Shown in pieces: positions 19,200-28,677 of a stretch of DNA of 64,000 bases (position 1 is the stretch's first letter; every line of letters begins with the position of its first letter). The notes beneath the pieces were generated by a model. That model ran no database searches. It saw only the letters and a list, made by a program, of their open reading frames with translations, and was not told the DNA's origin. This DNA comes from Candidatus Magasanikiibacteriota bacterium (lineage in GTDB: Bacteria; Patescibacteriota; Patescibacteriia; Magasanikbacterales; GWA2-37-8): positions 12,008-76,007 of the forward strand of contig JBAYNU010000003.1 of assembly GCA_041678665.1 (NCBI GenBank), read 5' to 3'. The position numbers and the translations under genes were made by a program.

Positions 19200-19988
19200 A
19201 TGTTGCAGGTTTTAAATTTAGTCAAAAAATTTGGTGATTTTATTGCTGTTGACGACATTTCCTTTAACGTTGCCAAGGGAACGATTTTTGCATTTCTTGG
19301 CCCTAATGGCGCAGGTAAATCTACAACTATCAAAATGCTTACCACACTTTTGCATCCGACTAGCGGTCATATGACCATCGCTGGGTTTGACCCCGTGAAA
19401 GACCCGGGCAAAGCGCGGCAGAATTTTGGCATTGTTTTTCAGGACCCAAGTGTGGACGACGAGCTTACTGCCTACGAAAACATGGAATTTCACGGTGTGC
19501 TTTATGGGGTAAAAAAAGAATTGCGTCGCGCGCGTATTGAAGAATTACTTAAAGTGGTTGAGTTATGGGATAGGCGCGACGATTTGGTAAAACATTTTTC
19601 GGGTGGGATGAAACGCCGGCTGGAAATCGCTCGTGGACTTTTGCATCACCCAAAAGTTTTATTTTTAGATGAGCCAACCATTGGTCTTGATCCGCAAACC
19701 CGTAATCATATTTGGGAACATGTTAAAGAGATTAATGAAAAAGAAGGTGTGACAGTATTTTTTACCACTCATTACATGGAGGAAGCCGATCGGGTGGCGC
19801 GCCAAGTGGCGGTAATTGATCACGGAAAAATTATTGCCACTGGTACGCCGGCTGAATTAAAGACCCAAACTCAATCTGCTAATTTAGAAGATGCCTTTAT
19901 TAAGTTAACTGGCAATGCCTTGCGTGCCGAACAAGGGAACGTTTTGGATAATATGCGCATGAATCGTCGTGCCTGGACGCGAAAATAA
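19200..19988 (+). CDS. ABC transporter ATP-binding protein (DrrA-like)
   Basis: GPNGAGKST, FSGGMKRR, LDEPT, THYMEEA. Confidence 0.95.
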   Translation: MLQVLNLVKKFGDFIAVDDISFNVAKGTIFAFLGPNGAGKSTTIKMLTTLLHPTSGHMTIAGFDPVKDPGKARQNFGIVFQDPSVDDELTAYENMEFHGVLYGVKKELRRARIEELLKVVELWDRRDDLVKHFSGGMKRRLEIARGLLHHPKVLFLDEPTIGLDPQTRNHIWEHVKEINEKEGVTVFFTTHYMEEADRVARQVAVIDHGKIIATGTPAELKTQTQSANLEDAFIKLTGNALRAEQGNVLDNMRMNRRAWTRK

Positions 19989-19994
19989 ATTTTT

Positions 19995-20741
19995 ATGCGA
20001 GCAATATATATACTCTGGCTAAGACAATTAAAACGATATTTTAGATCCAAGTCGCGTATTATTGGTTCTTTGGGCCAGCCGCTTTTATTTTTAGTCGCTT
20101 TGGGCTTTGGATTTGGTCCGATTTATCAAAAAGCTGGAGCCGGTGACTATATGAGTTTTCTTGCCCCCGGTGTGATCGCCATGAGTGTACTTTTTTCCGC
20201 CACATTTTTTGGTATTGAATTGATTTGGGATAGGCAGTTTGGATTTTTAAAAGAAACTTTGGTAGCGCCAGTATCGCGCCTTAGCATTATGATTGGGCGA
20301 ACACTGGGTGGCGCGACTGTATCGGTTTTACAGGGTATTATTGTTTTAGGCCTAACACTTTTAGTTGGTTTTCGTCCGCACAATCTTATTGAATTGCCAG
20401 TTATGCTTTTGTTTTTAATTTTTATCGCTTTAATATTTACCGCTTTGGGTACGGCGATCGCTTCGTTTTTGGAAGATATGCATGGGTTTCAATTAATCAT
20501 GAATTTTCTTATCATGCCCACCTTCTTTTTGTCGGGGGCTTTGTTTCCGCTTAATGCCGCTCCCCGCGCGCTTTCGATTATTGCCCAGTTTAATCCGCTT
20601 ACTTATGGTGTTGATGGCTTACGTTTGAGTCTTACTGGTATTGGACAGTTTACCATGTCTCATGATATTGTAATTTTAACAGGAGTAACTTTGGTGATTT
20701 TTGCTATAGGCAGTTACTTATTTAATAAAATTCAAGCATAG
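19995..20741 (+). CDS. ABC-2 transporter permease
   Basis: 6 TM, FLSGALFP, NPLTY. Confidence 0.93.
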   Translation: MRAIYILWLRQLKRYFRSKSRIIGSLGQPLLFLVALGFGFGPIYQKAGAGDYMSFLAPGVIAMSVLFSATFFGIELIWDRQFGFLKETLVAPVSRLSIMIGRTLGGATVSVLQGIIVLGLTLLVGFRPHNLIELPVMLLFLIFIALIFTALGTAIASFLEDMHGFQLIMNFLIMPTFFLSGALFPLNAAPRALSIIAQFNPLTYGVDGLRLSLTGIGQFTMSHDIVILTGVTLVIFAIGSYLFNKIQA

Positions 20742-20762
20742 ACAAGTATTAATCCAAAAAAT

Positions 20763-21770
20763 ATGTTGAATAAGATTGGTTGGGGAATATTATTGATAGC
20801 GGTTTTAGTTTTGGTGGGTGTGGCTTTTTTTCAAAAATATACCATCGTGCCTCGTTTAGTGGCGCCAAAAGAAGAGGCTTTGATTGATACGGTCCAAACA
20901 GTGGTTTCTTCTACCAGCCCGATAGCTACCCCTGTCGCCGTTCAGTTGATCTCTTTGGATATTGGCGAAGAAACTGCGTCTTATACTATCAAAGTATTTT
21001 ATCCGGCCATGATTGGAGGAGAAGAAAAGATTAGAAACAGTTTTAACGCGGAGATTAAAACTTTGGCGGAAGGAATGGTAGTTAATTTTAAAGAAGCTTC
21101 TCTAGACGCCGTTTCATCTACCGACAGCAAAAATTTTCTAACCGGAGCATATGATGTCAAAGAACAGAATGATAATTTTATCAGTATATTTTTAAGCGGC
21201 GAACAATACGTTGCTGGCGCGGCTCATCCCAGCCATTCTGTGGCTGTGTTTAATTTTAATTTAAAGACTGGCCAGATTATCAAACTTAAAGATTTATTTG
21301 TTGCTGACGCTAAATATTTGGAAGTTTTGTCCAATTATTGCAAAAAAGAATTATTGGTGCGTAATGGCGAAGAGGAATTTACTAATCGAGAAAACATTCA
21401 GTCAGGTACTCTAGCCAAAGAAGATTTGTATGATGTGTTCAGTATTACTTTGAGCGGGCTTGTAGTTATTTTTCCAGAGTATCAAGTGGCGCCTTATGTG
21501 GCCGGAGCACAGATGGTGACAGTGCCGTGGTCTGATCTAAAAGAAATTATTGACGTGAACGGTCCAGTGGCGATCTATTTACCGGCAGAGAAGGTGAGCA
21601 CCGCTACCAGCGCCTCTTCACCCCAGCTTATTGGTGGACAAAAAGATGAGCATGGTTGTTTAGTTGGCGCGGGTTATTCTTGGTGCCCTTCTACCAACAA
21701 GTGTCAGCGTATGTGGGAAGAGTATTGTGTCGAATACAAAGATATTTTTCGTAGTTCTACAAAAAAATAA
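20763..21770 (+). CDS. DUF3298/RsiV-like exported protein with C-terminal Cys-rich module
   Basis: GAAHP, FNFNLKTG..LKDLF, YQVAPY; tail GGQKDEHGCLVGAGYSWC. Confidence 0.8.
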   Translation: MLNKIGWGILLIAVLVLVGVAFFQKYTIVPRLVAPKEEALIDTVQTVVSSTSPIATPVAVQLISLDIGEETASYTIKVFYPAMIGGEEKIRNSFNAEIKTLAEGMVVNFKEASLDAVSSTDSKNFLTGAYDVKEQNDNFISIFLSGEQYVAGAAHPSHSVAVFNFNLKTGQIIKLKDLFVADAKYLEVLSNYCKKELLVRNGEEEFTNRENIQSGTLAKEDLYDVFSITLSGLVVIFPEYQVAPYVAGAQMVTVPWSDLKEIIDVNGPVAIYLPAEKVSTATSASSPQLIGGQKDEHGCLVGAGYSWCPSTNKCQRMWEEYCVEYKDIFRSSTKK

Positions 21771-21774
21771 TTAT

Positions 21775-21921
21775 ATGGCAGAGAAAAAATATTGGCGGTG
21801 TTTAGTTTGCGGCGATTTGCATTATGGCGTAGAGGCACCTGAGAAATGTCCGACTTGCGGGCAACCTCGCACCCAAGCTGAAGAAATTACCAAGGAACAA
21901 TTTATGACGATTTTAGGATAA
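21775..21921 (+). CDS. Rubredoxin-like small protein
   Basis: WRCLVCG...PEKCPTCG; start ATG 21775. Confidence 0.85.
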   Translation: MAEKKYWRCLVCGDLHYGVEAPEKCPTCGQPRTQAEEITKEQFMTILG

Positions 21922-21939
21922 TTTTTATTTTAAAATAAT

Positions 21940-22433
21940 ATGGCCATACCCATGATTTTGGTGGATGATAATGATCAAGAGATTGGTCAAAAATTAAAAA
22001 GGGATCGGGTTGTTTCCGATATTTATCGAGTGTCGGCTTTGTGGATTAAAAATTCGCGGGGCGAAAGTCTTTTGGCGCGACGTGGGTTTAACAAAAGAAC
22101 TGACCCAGGAGTTTGGGGGCCCGCAGTGGCTGGGACAGTGGAAATAGGCGAGACTTACGATGTAATATTGTCAAAGAGGCGCAAGAAGAATTGGGGCTCA
22201 AAAATATTTCTCCGGTTCGCATGGAAAAATACCGCGTTGCTTTGTCGCACGACAATCATTTTACCCAATGGTATGCCATGGTCATGGATCAACCGGCAGA
22301 AGATTTTAAAATAAAAAGAGACGAAGTGGAAGAAGTAAGATGGTTTGGTAAAGCGGATTTACAAGATGCGGTTAATAAAACTCCGCAGGAATTTTTACCT
22401 AATATTAAAAAGTGGGTAGAGATATTCGCATAA
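21940..22433 (+). pseudogene. NUDIX hydrolase (IPP isomerase-like), frameshifted
   Basis: Nudix box is split between frames: AGTVEIGETYD in 21940..22314 and NIVKEAQEELG in 22113..22433. Confidence 0.8.
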
Positions 22434-22489
22434 TAATATTATTTACAAATAAAATAAAACACCGTCATAAAGACAGTGTTTTATTTTTG

Positions 22490-22562
22490 TGGGTCGGCCG
22501 GGGCTCGAACCCGGGACCGTCTCCTTAAAAGGGAGCTGCTCTACCAGCTGAGCTACCAACCC
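22490..22562 (-). tRNA. tRNA-Lys(TTT)
   Basis: Reverse complement gggttggtagctcagctggtagagc-ctccc-tTTTaa-ggag...ggttcgagccc..ccgaccca. Confidence 0.93.
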
Positions 22563-22672
22563 ATCATTATTTATGATGGACTTTTAGTGCCGATATGATA
22601 TACTAAAAATACTTCAAAGTCAAGAGCTATTTTGTTAATATCCTAATGTTTTTAATTATAACATAAAACTTT

Positions 22673-23245
22673 ATGCTTTCCAAGACCTATATTAGCAAGA
22701 TTAAAAAGGAGTATTTAGATTACGCCGAAAAACGGCGTGAGGTGATCAAAATGTCAGGTGACGCTTTGCATTGTGCCAAACGGGTAATTTTTACTGTTCA
22801 TCGCCACGATTATGAAGGTGCCAAAGTTAAGATGGATGAAACCGAGGAGTTATTAAAAGATATTAACAAAAAATTTGCCAATCATAAAGAATTATTTGAT
22901 GAAGGCGCTTATCGAGCGGCCTTGGAAGAATATGTGGAGGCCAAATTATTTTTTGAATTTGTCGCGACCATGAAAATGAGTGAAATTAAAACTGTGCCGA
23001 TCGACAGTGATGTATTTTTGGCCGGGTTATGCGATGTGCCGGGAGAGTTGTATCGGTTCGCAGTCAACAGCGCCACCAACCGCAAGTTTGATGCCGTAAC
23101 TGATTGCAAAAATGCGGCCGAAGAAATTATTGGCGAACTCATGGAATTTGATTTGACTTCATATTTGCGCAATAAATTTGATCAAGCCAAAGGAGCTTTG
23201 CACAAGTTGGAACAAATTCAATATGAAGTGTCTTTAAGAAAATAA
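22673..23245 (+). CDS. Translin/TRAX family protein
   Basis: RE.VIK.S, ALEEYVEA, FLAGLCDVPGELYR. Confidence 0.85.
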   Translation: MLSKTYISKIKKEYLDYAEKRREVIKMSGDALHCAKRVIFTVHRHDYEGAKVKMDETEELLKDINKKFANHKELFDEGAYRAALEEYVEAKLFFEFVATMKMSEIKTVPIDSDVFLAGLCDVPGELYRFAVNSATNRKFDAVTDCKNAAEEIIGELMEFDLTSYLRNKFDQAKGALHKLEQIQYEVSLRK

Positions 23246-23251
23246 TTTTTT

Positions 23252-24466
23252 GTGTTGAAAAAATTATATCATTATCTGTTGTCGTTGTGGGCTTATCTTT
23301 ACTACGGCCGTCCCAGCCGTCAGTTGATTGTTGTTGGTGTAACTGGCACTAAAGGCAAAAGCACCACTTGCCGGTTTATTGCCAGTGTTTTGGAAGCCGG
23401 TGGTTTTAAAGTCGGCCTGCTTTCTACGGTAGAATTTCAAGTTGCAGAAAAGCGTTGGCTCAACAAGCGTAAAATGACCATGCTTGGTAGGGGTGAAATT
23501 CACAAAATGTTACGTGATATGGTTCGGGCGGGATGTCAATATGCAGTGGTGGAAACTTCGTCCGAAGGAATACTGCAATACCGTCATAAATTTTTAAATT
23601 ACGACATTGCTGTGTTTACTAATCTCGGCACCGAGCACAGTGAGCGTCATGGTGGATTTGAAAATTTAAAACAAGACAAGGGTAAATTATTTGCTGCGCT
23701 TTCGAAAAATCGTAAGAATATTAATGGGCAAGAAATTAAGAAAGTGATAGTGGTAAATGGTGACGACATCAATGCGCAGTATTATTTAAATTTTCCCGCC
23801 ACTGAAAAAGTCATTTTTCATCAATCTGATTATGATCCGAAGTTTAAAATTAACATTGTTGGAGATTTTAATATCCCTAACGTTTTGGCCGCGATTGCAG
23901 TGGGTCGTTCGCAAAATATTTCCGAAGAAAAAATTAAGCAGGGGATAGGGGATGTAAAATTGATAGAAGGTCGGATGGAATTTATTGATGAAGGGCAACT
24001 TTTTAAAGTAGTTGTAGATTATGCGCATGAGCCGATGAGTTTGTCGGCTTTGTTTGACTCGCTTAATAATTTAAAAGCCCCCAGTTCCAAATTAATAGCC
24101 ATTATTGGGTCCGATGGTGGCGGGCGTGACAAGGGTAAACGCGCTAAAATGGGTGAGATTGCCGGCAAACTATGTGATATTGTAATTATTACGGATGTTA
24201 ATTGTTTTGACGAGGACCCCAAACAAATTGCGGAGATGTTAGCGGTGGGCGCGCGTCAAGCTGGTAAACAAGAGGGAAAAAATTTGTTTATCGAGGTGGA
24301 TAGGCGCCAAGCTATCGCTATGGCTATAAGGCTTGCCGAATCTAATGATGTTGTGGCTATCACCGCCAAAGGGACCGAGCCGTGTATGGTTGTGGCCGGT
24401 GATAAAAAATTATCATGGGACGATCGCGAGGTGGCGCGTGCAGCCATTAAAACATTAAAATATTAA
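23252..24466 (+). CDS. murE: UDP-MurNAc-tripeptide synthetase (MurE-like)
   Basis: GVTGTKGKSTT, VETSSEG, GRME, VDYAH, RDKGKR. Confidence 0.85.
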   Translation: MLKKLYHYLLSLWAYLYYGRPSRQLIVVGVTGTKGKSTTCRFIASVLEAGGFKVGLLSTVEFQVAEKRWLNKRKMTMLGRGEIHKMLRDMVRAGCQYAVVETSSEGILQYRHKFLNYDIAVFTNLGTEHSERHGGFENLKQDKGKLFAALSKNRKNINGQEIKKVIVVNGDDINAQYYLNFPATEKVIFHQSDYDPKFKINIVGDFNIPNVLAAIAVGRSQNISEEKIKQGIGDVKLIEGRMEFIDEGQLFKVVVDYAHEPMSLSALFDSLNNLKAPSSKLIAIIGSDGGGRDKGKRAKMGEIAGKLCDIVIITDVNCFDEDPKQIAEMLAVGARQAGKQEGKNLFIEVDRRQAIAMAIRLAESNDVVAITAKGTEPCMVVAGDKKLSWDDREVARAAIKTLKY

Positions 24467-24477
24467 AACAACCGGCG

Positions 24478-25110
24478 GTGTCTATGTCATTGGCTTCCAA
24501 AATTCATTTGCGCTCGGAAGAAAGAATGGTTATTGTAATACGGCGGCACGGCCTCGTTTATGGCTGGAAGTATTTGTTGGGGTTAGGAATGTTGTTTGCT
24601 AGCGCTTTTTTTGCTTCTTGGCTGTTGGCGCAGAATTGGTGGGGGCAGATGTTATTAGTAGTCGGTTTGGTTGTCGGTTTATTAGTTATTTTTTTAGTTT
24701 GGTTTTTTAATTACACCAATGTCTTGGTGGTTACAGACGAACGGGTGGTGGATATTGTTCGACCGGGCTTATTTGAGGAATATCTTACTACTATTGGTTT
24801 TTTTGATATTAAAGATATTTTCGTTTCACGTCGGGGGGTATTGTCCACTTTATTTGGTTGTGGTCGAGTAACCATTGCTACCAAAAGCGGTGAGCTGATG
24901 ATTGAAACCGATATAATTGCTCGTCCGCAATCGGTAGTTAATACTATTTTAGAAACGCGGGATGACTATCGGCAAAAAAGAAGAGTAGGTACTAATGAAG
25001 CTATTTATAAAAATTTTATTAAAATTATTCCCGAATTATCCGAAGAGGAATTGTGCGAGGTAAAAGATTTAGTGGATGTTCGTTTGTCCGGTTTTGGCGG
25101 GAGTCATTAA
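24478..25110 (+). CDS. bPH-domain membrane protein
   Basis: 2 TM then VVTDERVVD...FGCGRVTIAT. Confidence 0.75.
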   Translation: MSMSLASKIHLRSEERMVIVIRRHGLVYGWKYLLGLGMLFASAFFASWLLAQNWWGQMLLVVGLVVGLLVIFLVWFFNYTNVLVVTDERVVDIVRPGLFEEYLTTIGFFDIKDIFVSRRGVLSTLFGCGRVTIATKSGELMIETDIIARPQSVVNTILETRDDYRQKRRVGTNEAIYKNFIKIIPELSEEELCEVKDLVDVRLSGFGGSH

Positions 25111-25158
25111 TTGTGGTATAATATTAGCTGGTGTTTTTAAACCAACAATTAAAGAAGT

Positions 25159-25560
25159 ATGTCTGCGCGCGCTGAAACCAATTGGAAAAAGTTTTTTAAA
25201 TCCCGCTGGTTCTTTTTAGTTATGGCGGTAATGTTGTTTGTAATAAGCTTTGCTTATATCCGCGCTTATTATCGCGATTATCAGATTCAGCAAGAAATCA
25301 ATCGTTTACAAGAAGAAGTTAAAAGATTGGAAGCCAAAAAGATAGAAACCGGCGAAGTGCTTAAATATGTCAAATCTTCCGATTTTATAGAAGAAAAGGC
25401 GCGTATCGAATTGAATTTGGTTAAACCGGGGGAACAGGTTGCTGTTATTGATGGGGGTAAGATATCAACAAATACCACTGGACAGGAGAATAAAAAAATG
25501 ATAAAATTTGATCAATTATCCAACCCAATTAAATGGTGGATATTCTTTACTCAAAAATAG
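25159..25560 (+). CDS. Septum formation initiator (FtsB/DivIC family)
   Basis: TM, coiled coil, IEEKARIELNLVKPGE. Confidence 0.85.
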   Translation: MSARAETNWKKFFKSRWFFLVMAVMLFVISFAYIRAYYRDYQIQQEINRLQEEVKRLEAKKIETGEVLKYVKSSDFIEEKARIELNLVKPGEQVAVIDGGKISTNTTGQENKKMIKFDQLSNPIKWWIFFTQK

Positions 25561-25584
25561 TAGTTTTATTTTTATTTATTTATT

Positions 25585-26610
25585 ATGGATAGCCAAAATT
25601 CAGACGAGCAAAAAGTGGGGAAATCATCAAAAAATTTAAGATTATTTTTGTTTGGTTTGGGAGGAATATTACTCACGGCGATAGTAATAATAGTGGGAAT
25701 TTCTTTGTATCGAGTTTATCATTTAGCGGCCACCGACGGTTTTACGGTAGGAGTTGCCAGAGTTTTGCGTTTACCGGCATTCAAGATAAATGGCCGGGGA
25801 GTTGCGTATTCCGAATTTGTGGAAGATTTAAAAGCAATTCATGTAATGCGTGATTTTGAAAAGCAATCCGGCGGAGAAGGGGCGACCCTTACCGAAGAGC
25901 AGATGACTGATCAAGTTTTGTGGCGATTAGCAAATAATGTTTTGATAAATGAAGCGGCTTTGCAAAATAACATAACTGCTGAAGAAAAAGATGTGGAAGA
26001 AATTAAAAGCCAAGTATTGCAACAGTTTGAGACTACAGCTGCCGCCGAAAAAGAGTTACAAGCGCGTTATGGTTGGACCATGGATGTCTATGAGCGTAAG
26101 GTAATTAAACCATATATATTACAAAATAAATTATCCGAGCAGTTTGAGACTAACGAAACGATGCGCATAGATATTCGCAATCAAGCGCAGGCAGTTTTGG
26201 ATGCTATTAAAAATGGCGCTGATTTTGTCACCCAAGCTAAAATTTACGGCAGTGATAGCACCAAAGATTCCGGTGGTGATTTAGGTTGGTTTGGCAGAGG
26301 AGAAATGGTGCCGCAATTTGAAGAAGCGGTGTTTGCTTTAAAGAAAGGGGAGCTGGATCCGGAATTAGTAGAGACTTCGTATGGTTACCATATTATAAAG
26401 TTAGATGATACGAAAACAGAACAAGTTAAAGATGAACAAGGCAAAACCATCGAAGAACAAAAAGTGCGAGCGTCCCATATTTTGTTTAGATTTCCGGATT
26501 TAACACAATATCTTGACAAGGCGGTAACCAAAGCAGAGCTTCACCTTTATTTAAATATTCATAATCCGTTTGTTGAATTCAAAAAACAGCTGGAGACTTC
26601 CACTAATTAA
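25585..26610 (+). CDS. PrsA/SurA-type parvulin peptidyl-prolyl isomerase
   Basis: GGDLGWF, MVPQFEEAVF, ETSYGYHII. Confidence 0.9.
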   Translation: MDSQNSDEQKVGKSSKNLRLFLFGLGGILLTAIVIIVGISLYRVYHLAATDGFTVGVARVLRLPAFKINGRGVAYSEFVEDLKAIHVMRDFEKQSGGEGATLTEEQMTDQVLWRLANNVLINEAALQNNITAEEKDVEEIKSQVLQQFETTAAAEKELQARYGWTMDVYERKVIKPYILQNKLSEQFETNETMRIDIRNQAQAVLDAIKNGADFVTQAKIYGSDSTKDSGGDLGWFGRGEMVPQFEEAVFALKKGELDPELVETSYGYHIIKLDDTKTEQVKDEQGKTIEEQKVRASHILFRFPDLTQYLDKAVTKAELHLYLNIHNPFVEFKKQLETSTN

Positions 26611-26650
26611 TAAAAATAAACGGGGCCTCGAGTAATCGAGGCCCTTTTAC

Positions 26651-26725
26651 GCGGGTGTCGTATAATGGCTATTATGTGGCCTTCCCAAGGCTAAGACGAG
26701 GGTTCGATTCCCTTCACCCGCTCCA
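26651..26725 (+). tRNA. tRNA-Gly(CCC), integration site of island 1
   Basis: gcgggtg...cacccgctcca, anticodon loop ttCCCaa. Confidence 0.92.
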
Positions 26726-28336
26726 AGATGAAAAAACGGTCTGAAAATGACTGTTTTTTCTTTGTAATAAAGCAAAATTCACTGGTTCTGACGCGATAGA
26801 TTTAATTTCTTTGTTTTCGGTAGCTTCTTTAATTGTTAAGAACGGTTTCTTTATTTCAATGTCTAATCGATTATTTTTTAGAATAAAGTGTTGCCCCAAA
26901 GCGCGTAGCAAAATAGTCTTTTGTTCAAAATCAGCTTTCTCAAACCAGTATTTTGCATAGGTAGCAAAATTAAAAGTGCGTTCGGCCAACTCCATCCATT
27001 CATCCATTCTTTCCTCCAAATTCTTTATTACGCCCTCCAAACGAGCCCTCTCTTTCATTAAGGTGTCTTTTTGAGATATAAATAGGTCGTTAGAAATCAG
27101 TTTGCGATCCATATTTTCGGGAGAAATATATAATCTCATTAAATTGTCCAGACTGCCGACACAGGATTTATAATTCTTTTGTTGGTTTTCCAATAATACA
27201 TCACGGTCGTTTTGTTCAAGCTCGTGCTGTTCTCTTAATACCGAAACGCCCCAATGCAAGAATTCTGGCGGAATGGTTATCTTATCAATAAATGAACTCA
27301 CCTGTTCACATAAATCTTCGTGGCGAATACATTTTTGATTACAACTAACGCCTTTTTTATTTTTTGTGCAATGATGATAAATATAATGCCTTACTTTATC
27401 ATTTGTTTTGTTTTTCTTGAACTTTTCCTCGGATGTTATCATTCCGCCACATTCCCCGCATATTATAAGGCCGTTAAAAGGCAACCGTTTAATCTTAGGA
27501 CGGGATTTCCCGTCCCGCCCTAAGATTTTTTGAACCCGATCAAATTCCTCTTGGGTAATCATCGGATCGTGTCGACCTTGGTATACTTCGCCGTTAAATT
27601 CAAATAATCCAAAGTAAAATGGGTTATTAAAAATTTTACAGCCCGTGCTCATACTAATTTTCATTGGCCCCTTACCTTTACGCTGAATGCTTCTAAGCCC
27701 CCATTCATCATTTGCTATCTTTATTACCTGAGGGACTGAATAGTTGCCTGTTAGCAAATAATCCCACATTTTGCGGACTATATGAAAACGATCTGGGTCA
27801 CGAAAAATTTTCTTTTCACCTTTATCCCCGTATTTATCGTTGAGATATCCGAGCGGAGCGGTGTGCGGTCGCCAACCTTTTACAGCCTTAGCCACCATCC
27901 CTCTTTTAACATCTTTACTCAGGTCAATAATATATTGATTGGCCACACCGAACTCAACACCCATAATTAACACATTGTCCGCTGATAAATACTCACGGCC
28001 GACCGTCATAATGGATTTTATGACTCCGCGTTGTAACAACCATTGGATTAAGCCGCCGTCAATCGGGTTGCGTGATAACCTGTTTAGTTTCCAACAGATT
28101 ATTCCGTCAGCTTTGCCCGATTGGATAATATTCATCATTTCATTGAATTCTGGACGCCCGGGCTTTTTAGCCGATTTCGATTCCTCAAAGATTTTTACAA
28201 CATTGAGGCCCTTCTCATTAACCAGCTTCTTTAATTCATTTCGCTGGTCTTTGATTGATTGAATTTGTCTGTCTTCCGAGTCTGTTGACTTGCGACAGTA
28301 GATAATATATCTATTTTTATTTTCTTCTTTATTCAT
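26714..28336 (-). CDS. Large serine recombinase (resolvase + recombinase + Zn ribbon)
   Basis: YCRKST catalytic Ser, SAKKPGRPEF, LNRLSRN, APLGY, CGECG; stop codon inside tRNA-Gly. Confidence 0.95.
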   Translation of the reverse strand: MNKEENKNRYIIYCRKSTDSEDRQIQSIKDQRNELKKLVNEKGLNVVKIFEESKSAKKPGRPEFNEMMNIIQSGKADGIICWKLNRLSRNPIDGGLIQWLLQRGVIKSIMTVGREYLSADNVLIMGVEFGVANQYIIDLSKDVKRGMVAKAVKGWRPHTAPLGYLNDKYGDKGEKKIFRDPDRFHIVRKMWDYLLTGNYSVPQVIKIANDEWGLRSIQRKGKGPMKISMSTGCKIFNNPFYFGLFEFNGEVYQGRHDPMITQEEFDRVQKILGRDGKSRPKIKRLPFNGLIICGECGGMITSEEKFKKNKTNDKVRHYIYHHCTKNKKGVSCNQKCIRHEDLCEQVSSFIDKITIPPEFLHWGVSVLREQHELEQNDRDVLLENQQKNYKSCVGSLDNLMRLYISPENMDRKLISNDLFISQKDTLMKERARLEGVIKNLEERMDEWMELAERTFNFATYAKYWFEKADFEQKTILLRALGQHFILKNNRLDIEIKKPFLTIKEATENKEIKSIASEPVNFALLQRKNSHFQTVFSSWSG

Positions 28337-28456
28337 ATTGGTTTATTTTAGATTAATTACAATAATTTTGTTTGACCATTGGGAGGTCATTTGCCCTATT
28401 TTTAGCCCCTTTTATTATATCGTGTTTAACCGTAATCGTAAGCGGCTAAAAAATGG

Positions 28457-28639
28457 CTACGTGTTGGCAACTTGTTGTAGTAATTCATAGTCTTTTTTAA
28501 GCATTGATTTATAGGATATGCGCAAAGCACTAACCAAGGCCTCGCCAAGTTCGATGGCCCTTTCCTCGCCGACATTCAAACCAAATTTGGTTTGAAATAT
28601 TCTGCGGAATTCCTGAATTTTGTCAGAACTTATGCGCAT
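28457..28639 (-). CDS. Small helical protein upstream of integrase (RDF candidate)
   Basis: 60 aa ORF co-oriented between primase and LSR. Confidence 0.6.
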   Translation of the reverse strand: MRISSDKIQEFRRIFQTKFGLNVGEERAIELGEALVSALRISYKSMLKKDYELLQQVANT

Positions 28640-28677
28640 ACGGTTAATTAATTTCGACCTTTATTTTATATTTTGCT

